The notes beneath the pieces were generated by a model. The model saw only the letters and a program-made list of their open reading frames with translations, ran no database searches and was not told the DNA's origin. Of a DNA stretch of 64,000 nt, positions 38,105 through 47,572 are shown piece by piece; position 1 is the stretch's first letter; each line of letters begins with the position of its first letter. The stretch is taken from assembly GCA_963675525.2 (NCBI GenBank), contig CAXXSL010000019.1:184842-248841 (forward strand). Reading direction: 5' to 3'. The position numbers and the translations under genes are program-made. Origin of the DNA: Anaerohalosphaeraceae bacterium (GTDB lineage: Bacteria; Planctomycetota; Phycisphaerae; Sedimentisphaerales; Anaerohalosphaeraceae).

Positions 38105-39220
38105 TCAGCAAATCAGGTTCTGTTCGCTTTCCGTATCAAACAGGTGAATTTTTCCGGTGTTCGGCAGTATGTTGATGTTGTCAAGACGCGTATTGGCGTA
38201 CTCTGCTTTCACCCGCAGTACAGCCTCCACTTCCTGCCCCTGGCCTGCCGGTATTTTCACATGCAGATTTGCCTCGGAGCCCATCAGCTCGGATACGTCA
38301 ATCACGGATTGTATTGCGTTCTTACCGTCTGCCGATACCTCGAAATCCTCCGGACGGATACCGGCTGTGATCGGACAGGCGGGCTGTTTTTTATCGCGGA
38401 GTATGATCTGCTTGTCTTCCGGCAGCTCATACTGCCGGTTAAACAACTTCACGCTGTATTTCCCTCTCTCCAGCACCAGTTCGGCATTTTCAAAGAAGTT
38501 CATCTGTGGCGTGCCGATGAAGCCCGCAACAAACAGGTTGGCCGGATTTTCAAAAATGTCGTGCGGTTTGCCGATCTGCTGGATAATTCCCTCTTTCATC
38601 ACCACGATGCGGGTTCCCAGCGTCATCGCTTCAATCTGGTCGTGCGTGACATAGATAAACGTCGTATCGAGGTCCTTGTGAAGCTTGATGAGTTCGGCGC
38701 GCATCTGTCCGCGGAGTTTTGCATCCAGGTTGGACAGCGGCTCATCCATCAAAAACACCTGCGGCTCCCGGACGATTGCACGGCCTATCGCAACGCGCTG
38801 GCGCTGGCCGCCTGAAAGCTGCTTTGGCTTGCGCTTCAGCAACTCCTCGATACCCAGTATCTTGGCGGCTTTTCCTACGCGCTCGTTGATCGCGCTCTTG
38901 GAAAACTTCCGGAGCTTAAGTGCGAAAGCCATATTCTCAAAAACCGTCATATGGGGATAGAGGGCGTAGTTCTGGAAAACCATCGCGATATCCCTGTCCT
39001 TGGGCGCAACGTCGTTAACAAGTTTGCCGCCGATATAGAGCTCGCCGCTGGTAATCTCCTCCAGCCCGGCGATCATGCGCAGGGTGGTGGATTTTCCGCA
39101 GCCGGACGGGCCGACCAGCACGATAAACTCTTTATCCGCGATCTCCATGTTGAAGTCTTTGACGGCAACCACATCTTTGTCGTAGCATTTGCAAATATTC
39201 TTCAGCGTTACGCTTGCCAT
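38105..39220 (-). CDS. msmX: sugar ABC transporter ATPase (MsmX/UgpC/MalK type)
   Basis: [38 protein letters not shown]. Confidence 0.9.
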   Translation of the reverse strand: MASVTLKNICKCYDKDVVAVKDFNMEIADKEFIVLVGPSGCGKSTTLRMIAGLEEITSGELYIGGKLVNDVAPKDRDIAMVFQNYALYPHMTVFENMAFALKLRKFSKSAINERVGKAAKILGIEELLKRKPKQLSGGQRQRVAIGRAIVREPQVFLMDEPLSNLDAKLRGQMRAELIKLHKDLDTTFIYVTHDQIEAMTLGTRIVVMKEGIIQQIGKPHDIFENPANLFVAGFIGTPQMNFFENAELVLERGKYSVKLFNRQYELPEDKQIILRDKKQPACPITAGIRPEDFEVSADGKNAIQSVIDVSELMGSEANLHVKIPAGQGQEVEAVLRVKAEYANTRLDNINILPNTGKIHLFDTESEQNLIC

Positions 39221-39320
39221 ATGTTTATCCTTTCTCCGTTATAATAGCGTTATATTGATGTTCATATTGGTAATCGGAAACACAACGAAACCAATGCAGT
39301 CCTACTGTTCAGCGTGTACA

Positions 39321-39349
39321 TTGACGGATTTCCGCGCTATTGTTATAAT
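39321..39349 (+). promoter_or_regulatory. sigmaA-type promoter of the AraC gene
   Basis: TTGACG-N17-TATAAT with extended -10 TG. Confidence 0.7.
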
Positions 39350-39408
39350 ATATTAAGCATGGTTATACGCGCAAGAGCAAGATATTGATTATTAAGGGTA
39401 ATATATTG

Positions 39409-40308
39409 ATGCATACAGCCACTGCCGGAGCTAAAATCAATACGTTTCACTTCCCGACAGCCGGGTTTGACCCGGGGATCACGATATCCGCAGCCGGGGA
39501 TTTTTCCGTGACGTTTGAGGCGGATGCCGAGCTTGTTTTGCCGGACTGCCGCGGCTATGGGCTTCTGCTGGCATTAAAGGGAGGCCTTACCGTTGCATTC
39601 GGCAATATCATCGAGAGTCTGGATTCGTCGTTCGCCCTGTTGTTTCGCCTGGATGATCATGCTCCTTGCATCGTCCGTACGATTGCCTCATCAAGCGAAG
39701 GGGTTTTTATATCCTTCAAAGGTGAATTTGCCGATAAAATTCTGGGACAGTTCCCGCAGAACGCGTATGCGCCTTTTCCCCTGCAGCCAGATTCGCCATT
39801 GCTGCGAAGCCTGATTGAAACGGCCTCCGATGCGCAGAGCGGTTTGATCGACGGCATCTATAAGGGCGCGGGCAGCGTTTTTCAAGTGGTATGCCATCTG
39901 TGCGCCCGCCTTGAGCACGCGAAAGCTGCACACAGCACCACTTTGGCGGACCAGACGATGGCACTGATCCATGAGCGCTATGCGTATCTGTACGGCGTTG
40001 AAGACCTGGCCGAGAGCATCGGGGTATCGAAGCACCACCTGATCCGGGAATTTACCCGGGCTACCGGCGGCTCTCCCGGGCGATACCTGACCCAAATCCG
40101 CATCGAAAACGCGAAGCATCTTCTGGCAGGCTCCGATTACGGCGTCGAGCTGATCGGACAGCTTGTCGGTTACTCAAACGGCAATTACTTCTGCAAGGCT
40201 TTCAAAAATCAAACCGGCATGACGCCAAAAGAATATCGCAACAGCCCGTCATCCGATACTGTTAAAATACCGCTGCACATATTGGATACGAAAAGGGCTT
40301 TTGTCTAA
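39409..40308 (+). CDS. AraC family transcriptional regulator
   Basis: C-terminal double HTH (LAESIGVSKHHLIREF...VGYSNGNYFCKAFKNQTGMTPKEYR). Divergent from msmX-gal. Confidence 0.9.
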   Translation: MHTATAGAKINTFHFPTAGFDPGITISAAGDFSVTFEADAELVLPDCRGYGLLLALKGGLTVAFGNIIESLDSSFALLFRLDDHAPCIVRTIASSSEGVFISFKGEFADKILGQFPQNAYAPFPLQPDSPLLRSLIETASDAQSGLIDGIYKGAGSVFQVVCHLCARLEHAKAAHSTTLADQTMALIHERYAYLYGVEDLAESIGVSKHHLIREFTRATGGSPGRYLTQIRIENAKHLLAGSDYGVELIGQLVGYSNGNYFCKAFKNQTGMTPKEYRNSPSSDTVKIPLHILDTKRAFV

Positions 40309-40352
40309 AAACTAATATCACCGCCGGCACAAAGACAGATTTGAATATAAAG

Positions 40353-40377
40353 AAAACCCCGGGAGTGTTCCGGGGTT
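40353..40377. terminator. terminator between convergent genes
   Basis: AAAACCCCGGGA-gtg-TTCCGGGGTT. Confidence 0.65.
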
Positions 40378-40425
40378 GTTCGTCGATATTGTATTTAAAC
40401 CAGTACCCATTGGAGGGAGCCGAAG

Positions 40426-42174
40426 TCACTGCTCGGCGCCCTCAAGCGCAAGATCCTCGGCCGTAATGCGGGATTTCTCCAGCGCGCTGTACTCCACCTT
40501 GCCCACGAGCGTCGTCGGCAGCTTGTCCCGGAACTCGATGGCGCGCGGCACGCTCCATTTGATGAGGTGCTTGTGGCAGTACTTCAAAAGTATTTTCTTG
40601 GTTTCATCCGTCGCCAGCGACGGGTCCTCCAGCACGACGTACGCCTTCACGCTCGTCATCTGATAGTCGTCCGGCACGCCCACAACGCACGCCCGGAATA
40701 CGAGCTCGTGCTGCTCCAATACCTGCTCCACCTGCATGGGGTATACGCTCACGCCGGATACCTTGAGCATGCGCTTCTCCCGGCTCTTGAAATACAGGTA
40801 GCCGTCTTCGTCCATCGTACCAATGTCGCCGGTGTAGAGCCACCGGATGCCGTTTTCGTCCGCCCGGATGGTCTTGCCGGTCTCCTCAGGATTATTGATG
40901 TATTCCAGCATCAGCGTAGGGCCTGCCAGCGCGATCTCGCCGTTTTCGCCGTACGGAACTTCTTCCTTCGTCTCCATATCCACAACCTTGGCGAGCATGT
41001 CCGGCATGGGGATGCCGATCGCACCCTTGCGGTAAAGGCCGGGGGGCGTCAGCACGCAGCCCGTCACGGTCTCGGTGAGGCCATAGCCTTCCGCAAGCTC
41101 CACCTTGCTGCCCTGCGCCATAAGGCGCTCATCAAAACGCACCTTGAGCTCCGCCGACAAGCTGTCGCCGCCGCTGTAGATGGCCTTCAGGCGGTCGAAG
41201 CGGACCTTGGCAAAGTTCTTGTCGCGCAGCATAGCCTCGAACATTGTGGGCACCCCCGCGATGAACGTCGGCTGGTGCTTGCGCAGGCTGTCGATGTATA
41301 TCTTCACGCCGAACTTCGGCTCCAGAAAAAGCGTTCCGCCGTTGCACAAAATCGAATGGATACAGATCCCCAGGCCGAAGCCGTGGAAGACCGGAAGGAT
41401 CGCGATGACGCTGTCGTCCTTCGTGAACTTTGCGAACGGAGCGATGGTTGCCGACAGGGCGTTAAAATTGTAGGATGAGAGCAGGATACCCTTGGGCATG
41501 TTCGTCGTGCCGCCGGAAAACAATACGACCGCGCCCTCTTTTGGATCGATCTGCCGCTCGTAAGGGGTCTCGATTCCTTCGGATTTCTTCAGGAAGTCCT
41601 TCCAGAACACCACCCGATCGTCCTCGGGGACCTTGTTCTGGCCGCCTTTGATGACGTTGAACATCACCTTTTTTGTGCCGGGCAGATAGTCCGATATCTT
41701 CGTGATGAGAAGCTTTTGGTCCGGGCGGAGGATATCCTTGAACCGGTTGTAGAACATATCCACCGTGACGCACCAGACGCTGTCCGTCTCTTTGACGAAT
41801 TGCGCCAGCTCGGTTGCGGTATACAGCGGATGCGTCATCGCGACGCGCGCCCCAATCTTGTTCAGCGCGTAGAAAAGCATGAGCGAATTAGGGATGTTGG
41901 GCATCGATTGCAGCACGCAATCGCCCGGCTTTATGCCGTACGCCGTAAAGGACGCGGCGCACCGGTCGATCATGGCCAGCAGCTTCCCGAACGAAATCTG
42001 CGCCCCCATGTAGTCTATGGCGGTCTTTCCCGGGTATTTCAGCGCGGTATCCCGAAGCAGCTCGTACATCGTCAGGTCGGGTATCTCCGTAAATTCGGGG
42101 ATATCTCCGTATAATTTCAGCCACGGTTTTTTGACTTTGTTTCCTTTGTAAATACCGTTTTCCATTCCTTCCAC
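40426..42174 (-). CDS. long-chain acyl-CoA synthetase (AMP-binding)
   Basis: FSGGTTNMPKG, EGYGLTE, YTGDIG, LPTTLVGK. Confidence 0.9.
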   Translation of the reverse strand: MEGMENGIYKGNKVKKPWLKLYGDIPEFTEIPDLTMYELLRDTALKYPGKTAIDYMGAQISFGKLLAMIDRCAASFTAYGIKPGDCVLQSMPNIPNSLMLFYALNKIGARVAMTHPLYTATELAQFVKETDSVWCVTVDMFYNRFKDILRPDQKLLITKISDYLPGTKKVMFNVIKGGQNKVPEDDRVVFWKDFLKKSEGIETPYERQIDPKEGAVVLFSGGTTNMPKGILLSSYNFNALSATIAPFAKFTKDDSVIAILPVFHGFGLGICIHSILCNGGTLFLEPKFGVKIYIDSLRKHQPTFIAGVPTMFEAMLRDKNFAKVRFDRLKAIYSGGDSLSAELKVRFDERLMAQGSKVELAEGYGLTETVTGCVLTPPGLYRKGAIGIPMPDMLAKVVDMETKEEVPYGENGEIALAGPTLMLEYINNPEETGKTIRADENGIRWLYTGDIGTMDEDGYLYFKSREKRMLKVSGVSVYPMQVEQVLEQHELVFRACVVGVPDDYQMTSVKAYVVLEDPSLATDETKKILLKYCHKHLIKWSVPRAIEFRDKLPTTLVGKVEYSALEKSRITAEDLALEGAEQ

Positions 42175-42179
42175 CTCAC

Positions 42180-43001
42180 TTATAAAGTTTCAATGGATTC
42201 CGGGTTCTTCAGGTAGCTTTGCATGAGCTCAAGCGACCGCGCAAAGTAAAACCCGTCCGCGATCCGCTCGTCCAGCGAGACCTTCACTTCGACCATCTTC
42301 CTGGCAACGATCGTTCCATCCTCCAGCGCCACGGGCTTGTACCCGATTTTGCCGATGGCGATAAACATGGAGCAGTTGCCCCATTCGAACAGATGGTGGA
42401 ACGGCGCTTCGATACCGATGCTGCCAAGGTTGGCGATATAAGCGCTGCATCGCAGCGGGTCTACATCCGTAAACGCCCTGGGCATGTTGAAATAAAAATC
42501 CATCCAGCGAAGCAACGCAAACAACATGCGCAGCATGAAGCGCGGCAGCTTCATCAGCCCTTCGATCAGCTTGTCGTCATCCTTTTTCACTTCGTCCGAC
42601 TTGGCGATTTTTATGTCCCTTTTCAGCTTGCCGATGACTTCTTCAAAAGTCGACTTTTCGTTAAACGTCAGCGCAACGTTCGTCTCCTCGCTCTCGTCGG
42701 AGGCCGCCTTCTTGGCAATGAAAGATACCTTGATGTCTTTGCGCTGGTACAGCCTCCTGCCCGATATAAACCGGTTGAGGTGGGGGCGCTCCTTGAAGAG
42801 CTTTACGATGGATGCAACGAACAACTGGAAAAATTTGAGTTCGACGCCTTCGGCCTTCTTTTTCTCGATGTACTCGAGAAGATTCTCCACATCGAGCGCC
42901 GTGTTGAAATAAACGAGAGATTCCGTCCTGGTGCGAAACATGTAAGGGAACATGGCATTAAGCGCATGCACCTTTACAAGTCGCCCGTCTCTTTTCGCCA
43001 T
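42180..43001 (-). CDS. stand-alone 2-oxoacid dehydrogenase E2-like acyltransferase domain
   Basis: PHLNRF, NLGSIG, SLDERIADG (E replaces the H of DHRxxDG). No lipoyl domain. Confidence 0.75.
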   Translation of the reverse strand: MAKRDGRLVKVHALNAMFPYMFRTRTESLVYFNTALDVENLLEYIEKKKAEGVELKFFQLFVASIVKLFKERPHLNRFISGRRLYQRKDIKVSFIAKKAASDESEETNVALTFNEKSTFEEVIGKLKRDIKIAKSDEVKKDDDKLIEGLMKLPRFMLRMLFALLRWMDFYFNMPRAFTDVDPLRCSAYIANLGSIGIEAPFHHLFEWGNCSMFIAIGKIGYKPVALEDGTIVARKMVEVKVSLDERIADGFYFARSLELMQSYLKNPESIETL

Positions 43002-43439
43002 ATTAAATACCTCTTAGCTATGAAAAATGATATGATACCAAGTACTAATATATCGTAATTTATCACAATATGCAATAAGCGCGGAAAACCCAAAAGATCA
43101 ACAGGAACCCTTTCTGATCCGTATCGAAATTTTTTAGCTTGCTTATTCGTGTTCGCGATTCCGTGCTCTCAGCAGCATCGCAGCCCTCGTTTTATCATCA
43201 TATCGGTATTGCAAAAATACAATGGCTTTGACGCAAAGGCGTAAATACAACAAACCGCCCGAAACCATTTTGTGATTTCAGGCGATTGTGGTTTTTGGAG
43301 CAAACGAACCCAACTGCGAAACGCTTTTATATTCCGGGTGTTTTTTGAGGATACCCCGGAAACCCGCTTTCCAGACTTTCAGGCTTCAGGGAACGGGTGC
43401 ATCTCAATGGCTCTTGTTCCTGCCAGGATGACGGTTATA

Positions 43440-44975
43440 CTACTGGTTTTTATTCCCGGCAATGATCTTATGGACCTTTCTTGAGCCTATCATGACGCCC
43501 GCCACGCCTCCTCCGGTTTCGCTCTGCGCGCCGATAAAATACAGACCTTTTACCGGCGTTACATGCGGCACGCTCGGCCTGCCCATCACCGGCGATGCGC
43601 CGCCAAAGGCATGATGGGCAAGATGCGTCCTCTTCCTGAAGTCAGGCGGCGCCATGATGACCCTTTCTGTAATATGGCTGCTCAGCCCGGGCAGAAAGTC
43701 TTCCGCCTTCTCAATCAGTTTATCCGCATAATATGCACCTTTTTCTTCCCATGTGCCTTCCGACAAAACGTTTGGCGCAATGGTATAGATGGTAATTGCG
43801 TGGTATCCTTCAGGCGCCATATCCGGCGAATGTGCAGACGGCACATAGATAAGAAAGCCGTCGTCGCCTTCATGGTAAAAACCGTTCCTGCAGCGCAGTA
43901 CGGCCCCTTCGATGTCGTACGTTTTATAGTAGTAACAGAGCCCGGCGTGCTGGTACTTCAGGGGATCAAAATCGACGCCCAGATGCACCATGAAAACCGA
44001 ATCCATGGGATGGAAGCCTTCTATCTTTTCGATGTATTCTTTGGTCAGATATTCCTTTCCTACCAGATGGTAGAACGTCTCCTTCGCGCCGCCGCTTGCA
44101 AGAATGAGATCGGCGCGGTCGATACCGCCGTCCTCAAGCTTTACTCCTGCGGCTTTTCCGTTTTCGACCAGTATCTTCTCCACCGCTTTATTCGTTATGA
44201 TCTTACCGCCATGCGATATTATTTTTTCCGCCGTCGCTTCTACGAGCTTCCCGACGCCTCCCGTGATATAGCTGTAGCCGATCGACTTGATACCGTTTAT
44301 GACGAGCGGTATGCGTTTGTCAAACGCGGTTTCAATATTCGCCCACGGTACCCCAAGCCCGGCGAATTCGCTGGGCAATACGCAAAAATCGGCGAGTATT
44401 CCGGTAAATACAGCCCTCAGCCCGGGATTCGTAAAGAAATGCTCCATCACCTGTTTCGCGGACCAATCTTTCATTTTCTTTACTTTTTGGAACCCCAGCC
44501 AAAGTCGGATTTTAGCCGAAATGCCGCGCACTTTTCTTTCGGAAAGGTTCCTTGAATAGTACAGCAGATTGATCATCCGGTCATAAAAGCGATAGTATTC
44601 GTCCAATCCTGCAGCGTCTTCAGGGAACAGCTCTTTGAGCCTTTCTTTTCTCCAGTACGGTCCTGCGTACTCCTTCGGCTTCCAAAGCGAAAAATCAGGG
44701 AATTCGATCCCCCTGTCGTCTCTTACGATTTTCAGGCGATCTGCGATATTCAGTTCTTTCAATATGTCGTGGGCTTCTTCTCCCGGCTCGAATTTCTCAA
44801 GCAGCAGCGGCCCCAGGTCCCATTTAAACCCGTTGCTCGATACGGTAGCCGTTACGCCGCCGACCGATTCGAACTGCTCATATACAGTCACTTCATTTCC
44901 GGACTGCGCCAAATAAGCGGCAGCCGTCAGGCCCGCCATGCCCGATCCGATTATAATCGCTTTCATCAGATACAC
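43440..44975 (-). CDS. FAD-dependent oxidoreductase, phytoene desaturase/retinol saturase-like
   Basis: IIGSGMAGL, VGG...GFKWDLGP, GGVGKL, GLYFIGA...GGGVAGV. Confidence 0.8.
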   Translation of the reverse strand: MYLMKAIIIGSGMAGLTAAAYLAQSGNEVTVYEQFESVGGVTATVSSNGFKWDLGPLLLEKFEPGEEAHDILKELNIADRLKIVRDDRGIEFPDFSLWKPKEYAGPYWRKERLKELFPEDAAGLDEYYRFYDRMINLLYYSRNLSERKVRGISAKIRLWLGFQKVKKMKDWSAKQVMEHFFTNPGLRAVFTGILADFCVLPSEFAGLGVPWANIETAFDKRIPLVINGIKSIGYSYITGGVGKLVEATAEKIISHGGKIITNKAVEKILVENGKAAGVKLEDGGIDRADLILASGGAKETFYHLVGKEYLTKEYIEKIEGFHPMDSVFMVHLGVDFDPLKYQHAGLCYYYKTYDIEGAVLRCRNGFYHEGDDGFLIYVPSAHSPDMAPEGYHAITIYTIAPNVLSEGTWEEKGAYYADKLIEKAEDFLPGLSSHITERVIMAPPDFRKRTHLAHHAFGGASPVMGRPSVPHVTPVKGLYFIGAQSETGGGVAGVMIGSRKVHKIIAGNKNQ

Positions 44976-44981
44976 CTCCCC

Positions 44982-46361
44982 TTACGAAGAAACATCTGAA
45001 CGTTCACGCAGCTCACGAACCAGCTCTTCGTGGTTCTTGCGGGTAATCGGATATTTCATGAGCATCGGTATGATGATAATGAGGATGGCGGCGGGCAGCA
45101 GCCCAAAAAAGATACGTATGCCCAGCAGCGTGTCGGCCGTTTGGGCAGCGCCTTCCATGTAACCGAACCAGTTGAGCGACCAGCCGGAAAGCGCGATGCC
45201 GAGCGCGCCCGTGACCTTGCCAACCATCACAAAGATACCGAAGTAAATGCCTTCGCGGCGCTCGCCCGTCATCTTCTCATCCAGCTCGACAACATCCGGC
45301 ACCATGCTCCATGGGAAGACCCACTGGCTTGCGAAGCCCATGCCCGCAAAGATTGCGATGACGTAGATGAGGGGCGTCGGTTCGTCCGGCAGAAAAAACG
45401 TCAAAGCCATTGCGACCGTTGCGATCGCCATACCCACACCAAACGCAGGCCCCTTGCCGATGCGCTCGGAGAGCTTCTTGCTTGGCCAAAGGGCAAGACC
45501 CAGCGTCACCAGCATCAAGAGCATCACGATGGAAAGCTCCGATTCCATTTTGAGCTGGTAGATGAGGTAATAGGGCAGCAGGCTGGTGATGAGCGCGAAG
45601 CTGGTAGCTGCGATTCCTGTAATAATTACCAGCTTCACAAAAGGTTTGTTTTTAAACGTACTGGCGATGGCGGAAATGGGCGGTATCTTGGTGGGCTCCT
45701 CGCTTACCACCGGTTTCCTGCGCACCGTCAGCGAGGTGATGAATACGACGATCATCGCCAATACGCCGTACAATATGCCGACAGCGCTCCACGAGGATGC
45801 CTGCGTCCAACCGGCGCTGTCCCGCAGCATGTTTGCGATGAACGTGGTTGCCGCGGCGCCGAATATATAGCCGATAGCGGAAAACACCATGCGCACGGTG
45901 GTAATACTCGTACGCTCGTTATAGTCCATGGTCATTTCGGGGGTCATGGCATAATAGGCCATGGATATCATGGTATGGAACGTGTCAAAGAGCAGATAAG
46001 CGCCGAGTATGGCCAGAAACGCAATCACACCGGTCATTCCCTGCGGCAGCGAGAACAGGAGCCAAAAGGAGAGCGCAAGCGGCACCGCTGCAAAAAACAT
46101 ATATGGACGCCGTCTTCCCCACCTCGACCGGGTACGGTCTGTCAAATAGCCGAAAAAGACGTCGTTGACCATATCCCATGTCAGCTTGCTGACCAGCAGC
46201 GCGGAGCCTGCGATACCGGGATTGATTTTGGCGACATCGGTGAGGTAAAACAGCATGTAAAACTGGATTGTGGACTGCAGTATGGCGATCCCGAAATCAG
46301 CGATTCCATACCGGATCTTTGTCCCAATAGAAACTTTATTAATAATTGCAGTTTTCATCAT
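44982..46361 (-). CDS. MFS transporter, GPH (MelB/GusB-like) family
   Basis: WDMVND, DRTRSRWGRRRPY, PDVVELDE, RREGIYFG, 12 TM pattern. Confidence 0.9.
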   Translation of the reverse strand: MMKTAIINKVSIGTKIRYGIADFGIAILQSTIQFYMLFYLTDVAKINPGIAGSALLVSKLTWDMVNDVFFGYLTDRTRSRWGRRRPYMFFAAVPLALSFWLLFSLPQGMTGVIAFLAILGAYLLFDTFHTMISMAYYAMTPEMTMDYNERTSITTVRMVFSAIGYIFGAAATTFIANMLRDSAGWTQASSWSAVGILYGVLAMIVVFITSLTVRRKPVVSEEPTKIPPISAIASTFKNKPFVKLVIITGIAATSFALITSLLPYYLIYQLKMESELSIVMLLMLVTLGLALWPSKKLSERIGKGPAFGVGMAIATVAMALTFFLPDEPTPLIYVIAIFAGMGFASQWVFPWSMVPDVVELDEKMTGERREGIYFGIFVMVGKVTGALGIALSGWSLNWFGYMEGAAQTADTLLGIRIFFGLLPAAILIIIIPMLMKYPITRKNHEELVRELRERSDVSS

Positions 46362-46689
46362 TTACCCTCCATGTTTTTATTTAAAAGGTCTTCTGCCTGA
46401 TTGTTAATATAGCCGCAATACAACAGCGTTCAATAACCTCTCTGTTCCAAAATGCCTCCAGTCTTTTTTAGTCATTTCCCAGTCAGCTTTATTGATCATT
46501 CCATTTGCTCCTGGTCTGCTTGTAGTATCAAAATGATTATTATAATAATGACGAGTACGCCAATAGATCGCGTACCTTTTATATTTCTCCAACATAATAT
46601 CATTGTCCTCTTCTATCATGCTGTAGTGTTAATTCGATTCCAATGTTTCCATAATATCAGGCCTGTGCAGGTTTGCTGGCTAAAAGCCC

Positions 46690-46824
46690 CGTTCCTTACG
46701 ACATCCGTAATATAAAAAAGCATGAAGAACTGACAGCCGCCGTATAAAACGGCAAGCCAAAGCCAGTAACCCCATATCGCAGCTTTGCACCTATGGAAAC
46801 CTTATCCATGCTTTCAGTTTTCAT
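46690..46824 (-). pseudogene. decayed 5' fragment of a paralogous GPH transporter
   Basis: MKTESMDKVSIGAKLRYGVTGFG, then (frameshifted) FFMLF..ITDVV, versus the neighbour's MKTAIINKVSIGTKIRYGIADFG...FYMLFYLTDVA. Retains an RBS. Confidence 0.75.
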
Positions 46825-46865
46825 AATTACCCCCTTTAATCTGTTTAAAGGCGGTTTCCCGAATA

Positions 46866-47543
46866 CTATACGTTTATTGTTTCCTGCTGCACCAATGAAT
46901 CCGCTTCGCTTTTCTTCTCCTTCTCTATAGCCCCCTGATATTCTTTCATCAGCTGTTGCCCCAGCGACCCCATCGGATGCCGTATGGCAAAGCTTTTCCT
47001 GTCAAAATTCTTAAGCTCTGCCACCGTGACCGCAAGCGCGTCCCCCACAGCAAGCACCGCAAGGGCACTTGCTGTGGGCGCAAGGTTAAGATGATCGATT
47101 TCATGGTCTACTTTGACGCAAAGCGATATGTCGCAAAGCTTTGCCAAAGGCGAATCGTTGCTGCTTGTAATGGCAATTTTTTTGGGGCCTAATATATTCA
47201 ACGAGGGAATCATTTTCAACACTTCATCCGTTTTTCCCCCATTGGATATCAGTATGATCACATCTTTTGCGTCTACCATCCCAATATCCCCATGCAACGA
47301 CTCATCCGCGTGCATAAAAAATGAGGGCGTTCCCAGACACGAAAGGCTTGCGGCAACTTTTTTGCCCACATGGCCGGATTTTCCCACGCCGGTAATAACC
47401 ACCTTCCCTTTGCATTCCAGGATCGCCTTGACCGCTTCATAAAAAGCGCTATCAACATACTGCGCTGTTTTGGAGACCGCGTCGCTCTCCTCCATCAGTT
47501 TGCTCTTTATATTGGATATGACTTCACTCTGAACTAGTCTCAT
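46866..47543 (-). CDS. SIS-domain sugar-phosphate isomerase (KpsF/GutQ-like, no CBS domains)
   Basis: GVGKSGHVG, HGDIG, SNGGKTDE, LAPTAS, HPMGSLG. Only 225 aa. Confidence 0.88.
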   Translation of the reverse strand: MRLVQSEVISNIKSKLMEESDAVSKTAQYVDSAFYEAVKAILECKGKVVITGVGKSGHVGKKVAASLSCLGTPSFFMHADESLHGDIGMVDAKDVIILISNGGKTDEVLKMIPSLNILGPKKIAITSSNDSPLAKLCDISLCVKVDHEIDHLNLAPTASALAVLAVGDALAVTVAELKNFDRKSFAIRHPMGSLGQQLMKEYQGAIEKEKKSEADSLVQQETINV

Positions 47544-47572
47544 TTTTTACTCCGCTTATTAAAATTTTTGTT

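Noticed and set aside
45030..46400. Long antisense ORFs here and over fadD, the E2-like gene, RLP, galT and nifJ
   Set aside because: Shadow frames of GC-rich genes with no motifs or RBS; the opposite strand has clear family signatures.
46404..46619. 71-aa ORF as a real gene
   Set aside because: No recognisable motif or clear RBS, and it lies in the AT-rich scar region.
46690..46830. Riboswitch upstream of the GPH transporter
   Set aside because: Short hairpins are present, but the sequence is better explained as a decayed coding duplicate.
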